From Dimorphilus gyrociliatus (taxonomy: Eukaryota > Animalia > Annelida), in assembly GCA_904063045.1 (NCBI GenBank), contig CAJFCJ010000014.1:1175643-1239642 (forward strand): a DNA stretch of 64,000 bases, given 5' to 3'. The notes beneath the pieces are model-generated. The model searched no databases. It had not been told where the DNA came from and saw only the letters and a program-made list of their open reading frames with translations. The translations under genes and the position numbers were made by a program. Shown here piece by piece: positions 11,109-24,374 of this stretch (positions are counted from its first letter, which is position 1; every line of letters begins with the position of its first letter).

Positions 11109-13551
11109 TTATTCTGATTTGGGTCTATTAGATAATTGCCTTGTTAGACGTGGCGTATCTTTGGTTGTTTGAGCAAAAAAATCTAGGTTGTTTTGGCATC
11201 TCCAAGCTAATATTTGAGGTAATATAAGCAGTAATAAATTGAAAAACCAAAAATTGTATCTAGGGAAGTCATTCATAGGTACTCGAAGGGGAAACGGTGT
11301 TCGATGATGTAAAGATGACCCGATATACGCAAATTGACCCTAAAATATAATAAAAAGTAAATGAAATACTACAAAAATCTACATTAAAAAGTAATTAAAA
11401 CCTGTGCAGTTGCTCCAGCTAATAAAAGAGCCCAGTCTGGAAAGTAGCTTTGCGAAGGATATATTAGACTATAAATCGCTATAAAGAAGAGTGGTACGAA
11501 ATAGAAGAAATGAACTAACATCTGAAAGAAAATAAATACGTAAATGACAGGTGATATAAGAAAGGAATGTTATTGCATCAAGTACCTGCATTTTTCCATA
11601 TGCATTGGGATCGGTAATATAAGGTTCATATTGTTCCAAAAATACTTGGGAAAATTTATGATTTAAACCCATAGTTATCTAAAAAGAAAAATACAAGAAT
11701 AGCTTTTATCGTTTATAATTATCATATTGTATAGTACTTACAAGACTTCTAAGTAATGTAAACGCTAAACAAACAAGAGTTGCAATTACTAACAAAAGGT
11801 CAATAGGCCTTTTCAAGATGTTGGTAGTTTGTCTTTTTGAAGTAGTATTTAAAGGTCTCTCTTTAAGAAATCTCCCAGCACAAATAAAAGGAAATATAAT
11901 GTATGGCAAATTCAACAGAAAGGACGGTTTAATTTCGTGTTTTCCAAATAAATTTCCAGGTATAAATACTAAAATGCTATGGGCTATCGATCCAGACCAG
12001 TATAGGCCTACCTCTCTAAAATTTTGACTGTAACGAAAGATAGAAGAGAACAATTATATTTATTAGTAAATTAACATAATATAAAAGTAAGTATTATAAA
12101 TCTATTATTAAAATTATACTCTACAAATATTCAATATTCAAGTGTTATTATTAAAAGATCATGTCTTTTTTTTATTTTTGCCTTGTTTGTCAATTTTGAC
12201 ATTTTTATAGCTTAAATACTAAGAGAGGACAGGTGGAGATAAATTCGTACGAATTAAAAGATTATAGAAGTCAGAGATAAAGAAGAGAAAAGAATATAAA
12301 AATCAATAAAAATAAAATTCTTAAAACTTAAATAAAAACAGAAATAAAGTAAAAAAAAAAAACTAGAACATTTTCATTGCTTATTTCTATTCTTTTTACG
12401 TCTAGTTTATCACATGTAATCTGATTAAATGGGATAGTTATTTTTAACAAAATATTATAATAGGCCTACAATAGTATAATTATAATGTTTGTAAATGTAT
12501 AGTATACGTATTCGTATACAGTATATGTACAAATGTACTTTAGTAAATCGCTCTTATCTCCCTCTCCCCCTCCCTCTTTCCTCAACAGAGTTTTCTGTTA
12601 TTTAATTATCAAAGGATGATCAGAATCTATTCTTTAATGCGTAATCTTTCTTTAGAAATACTTAATAATAGATAAATAAAGATATATTTCTGTTCTTATC
12701 AGAAATTTCTGTTTGTTATAGATTTCTTACATGTGAAAAGAAAATTTAAAACTAAATATAACAGATTTATCAGAAAGGATTCTTAAAGATTTCTTATAAA
12801 ATGTGTAAGGTGTATGAAAATCAATTGAGTATCATGGATAACCTATATATATATATATATATATATACAGTATATATATATTTAAATAGACAGATAGACA
12901 GAGGGAGGGAGTGAATGAGAAAGGAGAAGAATATTAATATTGAAAAAGACGAAGGAAATCCATAAAAGTATAGATCTGTAAATTCATTATTACCCTTTCA
13001 TATGCAAAAAGATAGTTAACTGTCTTTTCATTTCTGACTATCGCCCCAACTCAGTTTTCTTTATCATTACTCTTATATAAACCGATACTTACTTCCATGA
13101 TAGTGCTGCTAACATCATTAGATACATAGCATAATGGGCAATGCCATCCCAATAGCAGATCATGGTTCCGTGAGCACTTTTCAAATATGGTTCCCCATCT
13201 TTTAAATAATAGGAAAAGAAACCACTGATTATACCGTCGTTTTCTAAAGCCATTAATATATCGCAGGCCGAAGAAAAAGTTCCCAACATGAAAACTGGTG
13301 GAGATTTAAATTCTACGATGAGACTAAACATTTACTTGCATACTTTTCTTACCGTATAACAAAGGTTCATTAGCCAAGGAAGATGATTTTATCACAAAAT
13401 ATACAACTATGCAAAGGCCAATAAGACTTGATGCTCCAGAAACTAGTAGGCCTACTTCACCAAGTGTTTGTGCTGAGAGATTGACAACAAACGAAATTGG
13501 AACTGCCGTAAGCGAGAGAAGGAAGACTACCGTTGATGTTGACATCGACAT
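11109..13551 (-). CDS. TM6SF1: TM6SF1/2-like EXPERA-domain membrane protein, multi-exon
   Basis: DGEPYLKSAHGTMICYWDGIAHYAMYLMML, YWSGSI, QYEPYITDPNAYGKMQ, YLPDWALLLAGATAQ, GQFAYIGSSLHHRTP. Last exon ends ...SNRPKSE* at 11109. Confidence 0.9.
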
Positions 13552-13910
13552 TCTTGGTAATAATGTGACTTGTTTAGGAAAATTCGACCAAAGTTCAAAT
13601 CATTTATGAGATTGTCTGCTATTGTCCATTAGATTAAAGAATTTCCGTTTCCTACCGCCAAAATTTAAACTCTCATTTCAAAACAAATAACCCTACCATT
13701 TTAACCCCATCTGTCGGATTTTTAAAGAAATACATTATAATGATATACTGTATTCAAGGTATAATCAATATTGGGACGAGCCACCTACTCACCTACAGAG
13801 CGAAAATGAAGACAGCTCACGAATCAAGTTTTATATTGTTGAATTGACGTTAAGAAGGCAAATCAGAGTTAATTTAGATACCATTGTTAAATAGAACGTT
13901 ATTAATAATC

Positions 13911-16900
13911 ATGTCGTTAAGAATGGTCATTAAGACGGTATTTAAAAAAATTTTGCGATTGTGAGTATCAAAATCTCAATAGCAAAATGCGTATTTTGTA
14001 CTCATCTTACTCATCCACACATTACTTCTTTCATTTCTCAAATTATTTCAGCTATTCCAATATTATAGTCAAATTTTGGATTGGAATTTTAATTCTTACA
14101 GTGGTTCTAGTTGTAGCCTGTGGAGTTCCAACGTTTCTTACCCAGAAACTTCCTGATTTCACTGAACCAACAAAGGTTTCTATTAGTATAAAAATCTTCT
14201 CACTTAGTTTTTACTTTCATTTTTACTATGATTCTTATTATTTAAGGGATTTGAAACAAGAGGAACAAAGATTAAGAGGGCGATCATCTCTGAAGAAAAT
14301 ATTGATACCGGTGGATTAACTAGACCGAGTTTTAATAGAATAAAACGAACAGTAGTTGGGCCAGAACCACCAAATGAGAACTCTAATTCAAATACTGACC
14401 TCAATCGTTGCTATACAATCTATAGCGATTTATCATATTTCTATCCGAAAATGTGTTGGAAGGCAAAAGACGATTCGGATCTTTTTACATTGTCAAATTT
14501 AAAGAAATTATGCAGGGTTGGATATAAATATTTCCTTAATGTTGGTACCTTTTCGACTCTTTGCGAGGTTCAAAGTTTACCAGTCTATATAGCTAATATG
14601 AAAGGATTAAGAACTTGTGAAGAGATTACTCAGAACGACATTGAAGATGTCCATGAAATGTTGAAAACTTGTGCTCCATTTTACTACAATCAGCAGCTAA
14701 CAATATCTTGTAGAGAGAGTAGAAATTGCCTAGAATCTCTTCCTTCTGCATGTAGAAATAATTCGAAGCACATTTATAATATATTCTATTATTTCGTTGA
14801 TAAGGATTTTCTTAGGGATCAAAAGAGTGAAAATTTAAAGTTGAAGATAACTTTATTAATAGGTACATCAGGTAATGGCGATCACTTTGAATATTATAAA
14901 GAATACGCTGAGGGTAAACAAGAATACGAGAATCTTGAACTAGCTGGTTTAAAGTTAAACGGAGACGCTCGACAAGAGATCTTCAACAAATACATGCTGG
15001 AAGATATCTTATTTATAGGGATAGGTCTAGGAGTCATTCTCCTTCTTGTGATTTTATACTTGAAATCTTTTGTTTTGATGATTGCCATTATCTTTCAAAT
15101 AAGCTTCAGTTTTGTATTCGCTTATTTCTTTTACCATATCGTCTTCAGGATTAAATTCTTTCCGTTTATGAACTTGCTTGGGGTAATTATTCTGGTGGCT
15201 GTTGGCACTGATGACGTGTTCGTATTTTACGATGTCTATCTTCAAGAAGTAAAATTCCTAAGGGGACAAACCTTCAGTTGTAGAACTGGCAAAGAGATAA
15301 AGAAAGACGAAACTAAAGACCCTGATAATAAAAAATCTGATGACAATTGTGAAGATGATTGTGCCACAAAGGAAAAGGAAGAAAACGAAAATAAAGAAAC
15401 GTTTGAAGAGAATGTTAATAATCAATCTATTAAAAATTCAAATAGAGATTTGATTAGTAATGAAGATAGTTTGGGAGATTTACCAACGTCTTTAGAAATT
15501 GACGAAGTAATCTATAATACATTTAAACACGCTATTTCGTCTATCAGTATAACATCTTTTACTACTGCCGCAGCTTTTTACGCTTCAGTAGTATCGGATA
15601 TTACATCTATAAAATGTTTTGGTATTTTTTGTGGAACTGCAATCCTTTGTAATCTCTTTTTTATGGTAACTTGGATTCCAGCTGTTGTAATGGCAATAAC
15701 TGTTATATCTAGAATGTTATCTAACAGGATACCGAAATGTAATAAGTTAATGAAATCGACTGAAGGTATAAGTAAGAAACTTTCTTCCCTTAACAAGTTG
15801 ATATTTTGTAAGACTTTACCTAAGTTGGTTGTTAAACTTCGGTATGTTTGGATAATTTTCTTCACACTTTTGGGTATATCCGGATTTATCGTAACGTTCG
15901 TCACTCCAAAGCTTAAATTGCCAACATCCGAGACATTTCAATTGCTAAAAATGGATCAGCCCATTGAAGCTTGGGTTCATAAATATAAATTGAGATTCCA
16001 ATATGCCATTAAGAAGGATGAATCCAGATCGAAGAATGGAATGCCTTTAACGATGATTTTTGGTGTTAACGATAAAGATAATGGTAATCATCTTAATCCT
16101 GATGACAAAGGGGAACTATCTCTTAGGTCCATTAATCTATTCTCCGCTGACATGCAAAAGACGTATTCGAAAATGTGTGAGAAATTTAAACAAGTTGAAT
16201 TTTTAAGTAGTAGAACGAAGAATATTTGTGATATAGTCCTCAAAGATCTACGTACTCAATGGTCACAACCATGTGCAGTTGGACAAAACTGTTGTGATTT
16301 AGTTGGTCCAATCTATCCTGATAATAAATTTGAATACTGTCTTACAAAAGCTATATATTTTGGAGGATCATATAATAGTATGATACTTGAACCCTTAGGA
16401 TATTCTAATTCAAAAGACATACTGGCAATAAGAATGCAGTTAGAATTGAATCAAAGTTGGACAAGTAACTATGACGATATGGATAAATTATATAAATCTA
16501 TTGAAGCGTTTTGGAGCGAAAATGTTGGGGATCGGGGATGGTTCACATCCTATTTTGATTTTTATGACCTTCAAAGATCTTTAAGTCAAGGTACCTATGT
16601 TTCATTAGGCATATCAATAGGATTTGCGTTTGCTGTCATGCTTTTTACAACTTTAAATCTTTTAATCACATTCTATGCCATACTATCAATTGGTTTCGCT
16701 ATTTTCACAACGATCGGAATGCTTGTCTTAGCTGGTTGGGAATTGAACATCTTGGAGAGTGTGGCAATATCCTTAGCCGTGGGTTTGAGTATTGACTTTC
16801 CAATTCATTATGGAGTAAGCTATGTTCTCTCCTCCTGCCCTAGTCGACAATCAAAAGTGGCGGAATCATTCAGAAGGGTTGGTTCATCCGTCGCTATGGC

Positions 16901-17093
16901 TGCATTAACAACTATAATAGCTGGAATATCTGTGTTACCATCAAGAGCTTATTCGTACTTTCAGCTAGGTTTATTTTTAGTTTTAGTAATGATTGCCAGT
17001 TGGCTATACGCAACATTTCTTTTCCAATCCTTGTGTGCGGCTTTTGGACCGGAAGGAAGTTTCCTTCAATTATTATCCATTTGGAAAAAATGA
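13911..17093 (+). CDS. DISP1: Dispatched-like RND/sterol-sensing-domain transporter, 3 exons
   Basis: KLPDFTEPTK|GFETRGT matches DISP1 LPDFSDP..GFEPRGT. TM4 AVGTDDVF and TM10 GLSIDFPIHY carry the conserved acidic residues; two SSD-like halves. Exon 1 from ATG 13911. Confidence 0.9.
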
Positions 17094-17701
17094 ATACTTC
17101 AGAGGTTCGTTCAAATCAAAATTTCCATAACTTAAATAATATTACAAACAAACATATCAGAGGGCGGTTCTCTCGATATAATTTAAAGTCTTAAATACTA
17201 TGTTTTTCCTTGCAAATGTGCCATGAAAGAATGTTAATTTACTCTTTTTAATTTGTCAATTCATTTTTAATCTATAGAGAAGAATTAATTGTTTGTTCCC
17301 TTTTTTCCAATGTACCCTGCAGAAGGTTTTCACTTTTTCTTTTTGTATCTTAATCAAAAGGCATTTAATATGTTTGTAATAAAATTAACTTACCTAAAGT
17401 AAAACCTATTTTCAATTGAATATTGACGTGTCTCCTTTGTCACTTTTTCACTTATATTTCCTAATTTTCTTATGTTTGGCAATAAACTTGTGTTCATATT
17501 ATACAATACTATTAATATCATATAATTAACAAGGGAGACTAAATTATAAGAATCATTTTTTTCCATCTTATCATACAGTCATCAAATTAATTATAGGAAA
17601 ATATATTAATTAGATAAAGGTCAATGCATGATACTTTGTGCTACAACAAAATATGATAATGATCATCATTATTGTTTGTTAATCTTCAACCTTTCCTCTC
17701 G

Positions 17702-18758
17702 TCATTTTCTGTTGGAAATATAATAAAGTGAAGTTTCACTATTCTTTCTATATCTTGTCATTAATAGTGCCGCAATTAGGTTAGGTACTCCACCGGAATT
17801 GGCGCCTATCATAGTCCCCAATGCTATTAGGTAGGGGGGGTTCCTGAAAAACCCATAGATAGCGTAGATGACAAACATAAACCATTGAACAAGAAAGGCA
17901 GCGACAATAAAAGTCATAATTTTAGCAGTTTTATCATATTTTCCTCTGGAGATTTGTAAGTTTTTATACTTGCATCGACGGCTCAATTTAATCCAGATTA
18001 TTGCATAACAGATGAGCGTAGTCAAAAATACGGTTGGTGGTATAAAACCTGACGCCGTTCTAAAAACTCTTGAAGCATAGGTTTTACTATTCAATGAACA
18101 CCTGAATAAAATATCATAAAACGGAATAAAGAAGAATGATTACTAGATAAAAAGAAATATCTAACCAGAATCCATCTCTTCCGAAAAAGTTGAAATACGC
18201 AAAATTAATATTAAATATTAAGGGAATAACAAAAACAAAAACAAACAATCGCCAATCGTATTTTCCAAGATATAGCTTCTTCTCTTCAATAACCATAAGA
18301 AAAGCATTAATTGCAGCAAACATAATTAATAAATTTTGCATAACAGCTGAATAATAACCAAAAAATCCGATTGATGCACAAGCAATTCTAGAAGGAACTT
18401 CTCCATCGGTTACAATTGAATAAATTCTATCATAAGTGTAATTTAAGCCGTAGACTCCATCAATTATTGCTATATAGATTATGATTCTTTCATGTAAAGG
18501 CTTTTTAAACAATGAAATTTTATTTTTAGAGAGTAGTATCATTATACAGCAAATACATAGTAGAGATATTATGCAACTGCAAAAGTTAGTAAATAGTCTA
18601 ATTGTAACTTGAATTAGCAACTCTATCATTAGCAATGTTTTCATTGCGCTTACTTACCAGCTCAAACCTATTCCATGGAATACATAAAATTTTGTACCGC
18701 AAAGTGGTTGAGCATTATAGAATTTTGCTTTACAAAGGATTGATGAATTTGCATCCAT
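17702..18758 (-). CDS. Orphan 7TM GPCR (cAMP-receptor/GPR157-like or divergent class A), 3 exons
   Basis: True start is probably ATG 18758 (MDANSSILC...FHGIGLS|CCIISLLC...), since the ORF-track ATG at 18644 lies just after a GTAAGT donor. Seven hydrophobic segments, an ECL Cys pair (IAC, FW|CSL) and GANSGGVPNLI in TM7. Confidence 0.75.
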
Positions 18759-20313
18759 TACCCGTTAACAATCTACATCATATGAAAATTGACCATAAAA
18801 GCTAGAAAAATTAAATAGTACACATTAAAGGAACAAAACAATCTTTACATATCTTTTATGGATGTATATGTTTGTCTATTGTATATAGATTTTTGTTTCT
18901 TAAGGCAAAGAGGATAGAAAATAAAGCTTACGATCCTCTTTTGCTCCTTATTTTTCTTTAGTAGAACCTAGTTATCATTAGAGTTTGCATAGACTAATAG
19001 CACATCTCTTTTACTTTTCTGATTATCATTATAGACCTTTGTAATTTCATAAAAATAATAATTTCTCTAATCATAAGATTGATGTTGTTTTTTTCGTTCC
19101 TCCCTCGTCTTCCCTATATTCCTATAAATCTTCAAAACAAAAACTTCTTTATGCTATCCAAGCAAAAGAGAATAATAATACATAAAGGAGAAATTATTCT
19201 TTAATAGTTTATGCATGCAAACATCTTATTTATACAAACTTATAAGTATGACGACACAGCAGAGTTCATTGACTCTTATAATATAACAAAATATAATATT
19301 TCATCCATACTATGGGTTTTTTGCGGCCGATTAGTTATTAGATAACTATTATATACAGCTAAACGGCTTTGTACATATACGGAAATCAGTAAGAAAGAAT
19401 AGTAAAGTCAACAATTACAATCAATACTTAGAAATGAATACATCTGCCAGTGTAATAGGAATAGTCTAATGAACAGAGAACGTTCTTCGAAAGGTTAAAT
19501 GCGTTAAACAATTCACTAAACCTTTAAGTATTAAAGATGAACATTTACATAAATTGTTTTCTATTTGAAATCAATGCGTCTATATATATACCTTATCAAT
19601 CCGAGAATAAATCTCTATACATCACCTCTACTCCTTCTCTTTTCAAGTAATACCCTTTCTTAACAATCACTAATGACCAACAAAATAAATGAAACTTACT
19701 TGCTCTTATTCTTAAAAATTCTTTATAACCCTCTTCTTCTACAAAAGAAGTGTTTTGCATATATGAAAACAAACGAGCGAAGACATTACTTGATAGCGTC
19801 TGAGTTTGAAGTGTGTCCGCTGCGAAAAGCGCCATGACTATAAAAGATACAACTACGCCATTAATTCTCGCCAGCAAAAAATGTAATAAATGATAACATC
19901 TGTTGATTTTTCATTAAAGGAAAAAAGTGAAAGACAGAGACTTGTCTAGAATGGACTTTGTTAGTTTTCTAATAATTATGAAATAAAATTCATTATGCTA
20001 ACAAGTTGTTTGTTCTTCTTAAGAAAAATACCGAGTTTAAAATCTTCCTTATCGGCTTAATTTGATTTTTAAAAGACTTTTAGCAGTGTTTACTAATTTC
20101 GAAGATGAATAAATAGTCACTTTTGCTTTTATCAACTTAAAAGAGTACAAATAAAAAATGTAAAGATATTTGCTAAATGTTTACAATTATAAGAAATAGT
20201 GATTACGGCTGTTAAAGAATTTTATATTAATAATAAACTTGACAATTCTGTTTACTCTGTTTTATTTAGAAAAAGAATATTACGATTTAAAGCAACGTAT
20301 TAATTTTTCGCGA

Positions 20314-20321
20314 CCGGAAGT
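20314..20321 (+). promoter_or_regulatory. ETS/GABP motif upstream of FAM161
   Basis: CCGGAAGT about 125 bp upstream of the ATG, next to an E2F-like TTTTCGCG. Confidence 0.4.
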
Positions 20322-20443
20322 TGTCTTAATTATTTTCGTATATTAGGGTTTATTCAAATGAAAATAGTAGCTAAACTCATTTTTTCGAACCCTTTACTAT
20401 TTAATAAAGCAAAAATCTAATAAACAGTTGGAGAAAAAAAAAC

Positions 20444-23258
20444 ATGAAAAATAAGTGCGGTATTAGCATTTCAGGACGCGAAAACATGGCAACGGCGATG
20501 AAAAACCCTCACACCCAGGCGGTTTTTACGAATTCTTGTGTAAAAACTGCACCGACATCTGATAATGGAGCAAGTAGGGTTATACAAGATACAGAGTCAC
20601 AAGAATTCGCAAGAACTTGGAATGAAGAAGACTTATATGACGATGATTACGACTCAAATGATTTACGCGCCACTACGAACGCGTCAATGCAAGTCGATTT
20701 GGCAAACTTAACTGATGATGAATTTTATCAGAGACTTGTCAAGTTGAGGTTGGAGCACAAAAAGACACTAGACCTTTATGCCAAAATGTATAAGGAAAAG
20801 GTAGATGGTGAAAGTTTGTCAGAATCGCAGGAATTTGTAGATACAAGCAGATCTTTTGATGCCGGCCGACCACCAACTGGAAGAAGTCGCTCGAGAAAGG
20901 TTCAAAGATCAAAAAGTCCCACCAGATCCCCTTATGAATCAGAAAATAGTCGGGGTGCAAGTCCAGTCCAGGCACATCGTTGGAAATTAGTGCCCACTGG
21001 TAATACTGCCAGTCGCGGTTACGAAAGTGATAATGGATCCACACAAAATAGACGACCCAGGTCCATTTCACCCTCCAGATCTAGGAACTCTAGAAATAGA
21101 TCTCGAACACCAGATGGTCGGCATGCTTCAAAGTCTTTGATTGAAGGCATGTGGAACGATTTCTCCGTTTCCGATTACGCTCCAAGAATATCTAGATCAG
21201 CATCACTTTCAAGGCTTTCCTCAGCTTCTGAATCGTTTCAGAAACGTGAATCAGCTAAACGTATGAAATCTGCTAAACTAAACGCCTGGCGTCATAGAGT
21301 GACAATTCCAAAACCATTCAATTTGACGGAAAGTAAAGGTGTCAAAACGAAAGCAATGAAAGATCTTGACGATGCACGTGACGTAAAGCTCAAAGAAGAA
21401 ATGGCCGAATGTAACAAAAAATTTAAGGCTATTCCAGTACCCGCTCATATTTACATACCTATGTTCGATGAGATTAACGAAGAAAAGGAGACACGAAGAA
21501 GACTCTTCAGAGACCATTGTCATAGTTTGGCAAAATCCGAAGAAAAACCATTCAAATTTATGAAAAGAGAGGAAGAGAGAAGACGCTACAAATCTGACGT
21601 TCATAAGTGAGTAGAAAGATGAATTATGTTTCATCTTTATTGTAACCTTTCTTCCTGTTTTCTTTAAAAATTATATATCCTTTCTTACAGATGTCTGACA
21701 GAAGGAGAAGTACTACCAAAGCATAAATTCCATGCAAAACCATTTCCAAAACACATGTTTGATGGTACTCAAGAAGAGAAAATAAAGGAGGAAGAAGAGT
21801 TAAAAAAGATTAAGAAACATATGAGAGCCAAAGAACTACTTAGAGAATCTTCCCTCCCAAGAAGTATGGCAGTAAATGGACAAGCCTATGCAGAAAATAG
21901 ATATCGCACAGCAAAATATGCAGAAAAAGCTAAAAAATTGGGAATTTCATCGGAGACCGATTTTAAACCTCGCATCTCCAAAACTGTACCAAATTTCGAA
22001 AAGATTCATCGTAAACAATCGCAAAAAGACATGAATTGTCATCGTGAAGTGAGAACTTCGACTGTTTGTAAGCCATTTAACCTGAGAACTTCACAAATTC
22101 CGTCCAGGAGGGAAAAGATTTACGAAGATATCATGAACGATGAAAGATATCTTTCAGAAAATAGGTATGAAGATACTGATTGCTGGAATTAATTAATAAA
22201 ACTCTTATTAACCATATGTTTAAATAGTAATATAGTTAATTTATATTTATAACTTTTACTCCGAAAATGTCGACTCTTTGAAATACATAATTAATAATGC
22301 TGTCGTTTTACTATAGATGGCCGTTTCAAATGACGCGATCGTCCACACTATCTTCATCAATTGACTTTAAGAACTCTTCCACTCTTAGATCAGCCATGTC
22401 CACTTCATTAGACGCTATTCCGGCAAAAATGACCTCAGCTCATGAAAAGAGGATTACTTCTGCCAAGTTGGAATACATTTGACATTCCATAATTCATTTT
22501 TGTTGATTTATTCATTTTTCACTTCTAGAACAAAACAAGAACAGGATAGGGAAAAAGAATTAAGGAAAAGAAAAGAAGAAAGATCAAGGAGAGAGAAAAC
22601 TAAAGAATTGGCAAAGGTTGTTCTGGAAAAAGCAAAGGCTAATGATAGATCTGTAGATCTAAAGTCTTCAGGGCCAAATAAACTTAAAGCGCTAAAGTAT
22701 ACATCTTTAAGATAATAAGCAAACAAATGCCCTTTTAAATCTAATATATTGATCATTTCAATTTACTAGGGCAGCTGAAAAGCAGAGAATGAGAGACTAT
22801 CAAGAACAATTGAAAGAAATGAATGAAAGAGTTAACTCTAAACAATTTCTTTTTGAAAGGACCACCATGGTATATTTTCAATTAATTTGCATATACCATA
22901 ATGATAATTTTAATATTTGTGCTTTAAACAGAAAAATGCAGCTCAAACAGCCGACAGAAGATATAATAAACATTTATTGGAACATGGCGTTCAGCCAGAG
23001 ACAATAGAAAGAAATGCATCCAAAAGATACGCATTCGAATCTGACTATGGTTCGGAACCTGCAGATAGAGAGGATAATGACATTCTCGGACAAACTTTCG
23101 AGAAAAGCCACGATGAATATTCGGTTGATGATAAAGATTATGATGATGAAGATTATGAACAGGCGTCTAAGAAATATTCAACCGCAGAAGAAAGTTCATT
23201 AACCGAGTCGGTTGAAGATGTTTCAATTGAATCAGGGAAAGAAGCTGCTCTCGAATAA
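20444..23258 (+). CDS. FAM161A: FAM161-family ciliary/centriolar protein, multi-exon
   Basis: RVTIPKPFNLT, KFKAIPVPAHIYIPMFDEI, KPFKFMKRE, HKFHAKPFP, VPNFEKIH, TVCKPFNLRT (UPF0564-type motifs); coiled-coil and acidic C-terminal region. Confidence 0.85.
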
Positions 23259-23463
23259 TAAATAAAAAACAATAGTAATAAATAAGCAAACTCTATCGTT
23301 TCGTTCATAAGGAATTGTACATGTACAATATGTTCTTTGTTTTATTTTTGCATAATTTGAATAATTCCAATTCTATGACTAACACGATTTCATTTTTTTA
23401 TAATTCAATGAGACTTTCTCATCTTTTCTCCTTCTTCTTAGATTGAGAGAATAAGGCGTGCTC

Positions 23464-24036
23464 TTACCATTGCTGTCCCATACCGCCCCCCATCATTGGA
23501 TCTTGTCCCATACCCATTTGACTTGGTTGCATACCCATACCCATACCCATATTACTTTGTCCACCCATACCAGGCATACCTCCCATACCCATATTACTTT
23601 GTTGCATTCCCATTGGACCACCACCCATACCCATATTACTTTGCATTCCCATTCCTCCTCCCATCATACTTTGTCTTTGCGACATGCCGCCCATAGTGCT
23701 CGCAGTAGCCCTTGGTCCTCCCATCATACTCGCAACTTGTCCCGGCATACCACCGCCCATAACACTTGCCGTTTGAAGAACTTCTTGAACTCTTCTTTCA
23801 GTCGCCTCTTCATCGACAACTTTAACAACAGCCGGTTGATTAGGTCGCATACGTCTAATACAAACAACCAATAAATAAGTAAGTGCATAACCTAAAATGG
23901 ACATAGCAACTGCGCAAGCAGAAACGATTGCCGTAGCCTGTTGAAAGTCTTTTCCGGAAGTATCCTTACCAAAAGCAGTATCAATAGCGTAAGAATAAGA
24001 GATAAGACATAGGAAAACAGTAATAATTTCTATCAT
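23464..24036 (-). CDS. Orphan small membrane protein: signal peptide, tiny ectodomain, one TM helix, Met/Gly/Gln-rich cytoplasmic tail
   Basis: Intronless 190-codon ORF: MIEIITVFLCLISYSYA (signal-like), AIVSACAVAMSILGYALTYLLVVCI (TM), RRMR stop-transfer, then GGMGMQSNMGMG repeats. Confidence 0.75.
   Translation of the reverse strand: MIEIITVFLCLISYSYAIDTAFGKDTSGKDFQQATAIVSACAVAMSILGYALTYLLVVCIRRMRPNQPAVVKVVDEEATERRVQEVLQTASVMGGGMPGQVASMMGGPRATASTMGGMSQRQSMMGGGMGMQSNMGMGGGPMGMQQSNMGMGGMPGMGGQSNMGMGMGMQPSQMGMGQDPMMGGGMGQQW
23520..23680 (-). repeat. Coding tandem repeats (QSNMGMG x3, GMGM)
   Basis: CATACCCATATTACTTTG occurs three times on the + strand. Confidence 0.85.
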
Positions 24037-24339
24037 TTGTACTGATATTCTATTTTTTCTTTACAAACAAAACTTTGCCTCTTTTTTATTTCTATTTTTT
24101 CTATTAAATTAATATGATAAATACACTTTTTGATGAACTTTTTCAATATTTTAAATGTTCTTTAAATTAATCTAACACTGTTATTTTTCTATTTAACATA
24201 TTATTTATTTTAAACTTTCATTACGTTGATTTTCATAATGTTTGTCATATTTATTGTTTTCTTTTTTTTTTAAATAATAAATATATTTATTCCTAGGCCT
24301 ATTTGATTAATTATTTCTGTAACAAAAGGAAAGAGAGTG

Positions 24340-24350
<11 letters not shown>

Positions 24351-24374
<24 letters not shown>
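24351..24374. repeat. (AG)12 microsatellite
   Basis: Direct read. Similar AG/CT runs occur near 28860, 32600 and 56745. Confidence 0.95.

Noticed and set aside
18114-18644. ORF-track start MKTLLMIELL for the GPCR
   Set aside because: A GTAAGT donor lies just upstream and a CTTTTGCAG acceptor downstream, so this ATG is probably intronic. The upstream exon from 18758 gives a better TM1.
19596-19877. 93-codon minus-strand ORF with KK/KR pairs, possible peptide precursor
   Set aside because: First ATG is only at codon 15, with no convincing signal peptide after it, no repeated peptide motif and no supported upstream exon.
21675-21683. ATATCCTTT, a U12-type 5' splice-site-like motif
   Set aside because: Lies in the pyrimidine tract of an ordinary GT-AG FAM161 intron, 7 nt from the exon start.
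23458-23874. His/Thr-rich ORF on +
   Set aside because: Antisense shadow of the ATG/GGT-rich codons of the Met/Gly protein.
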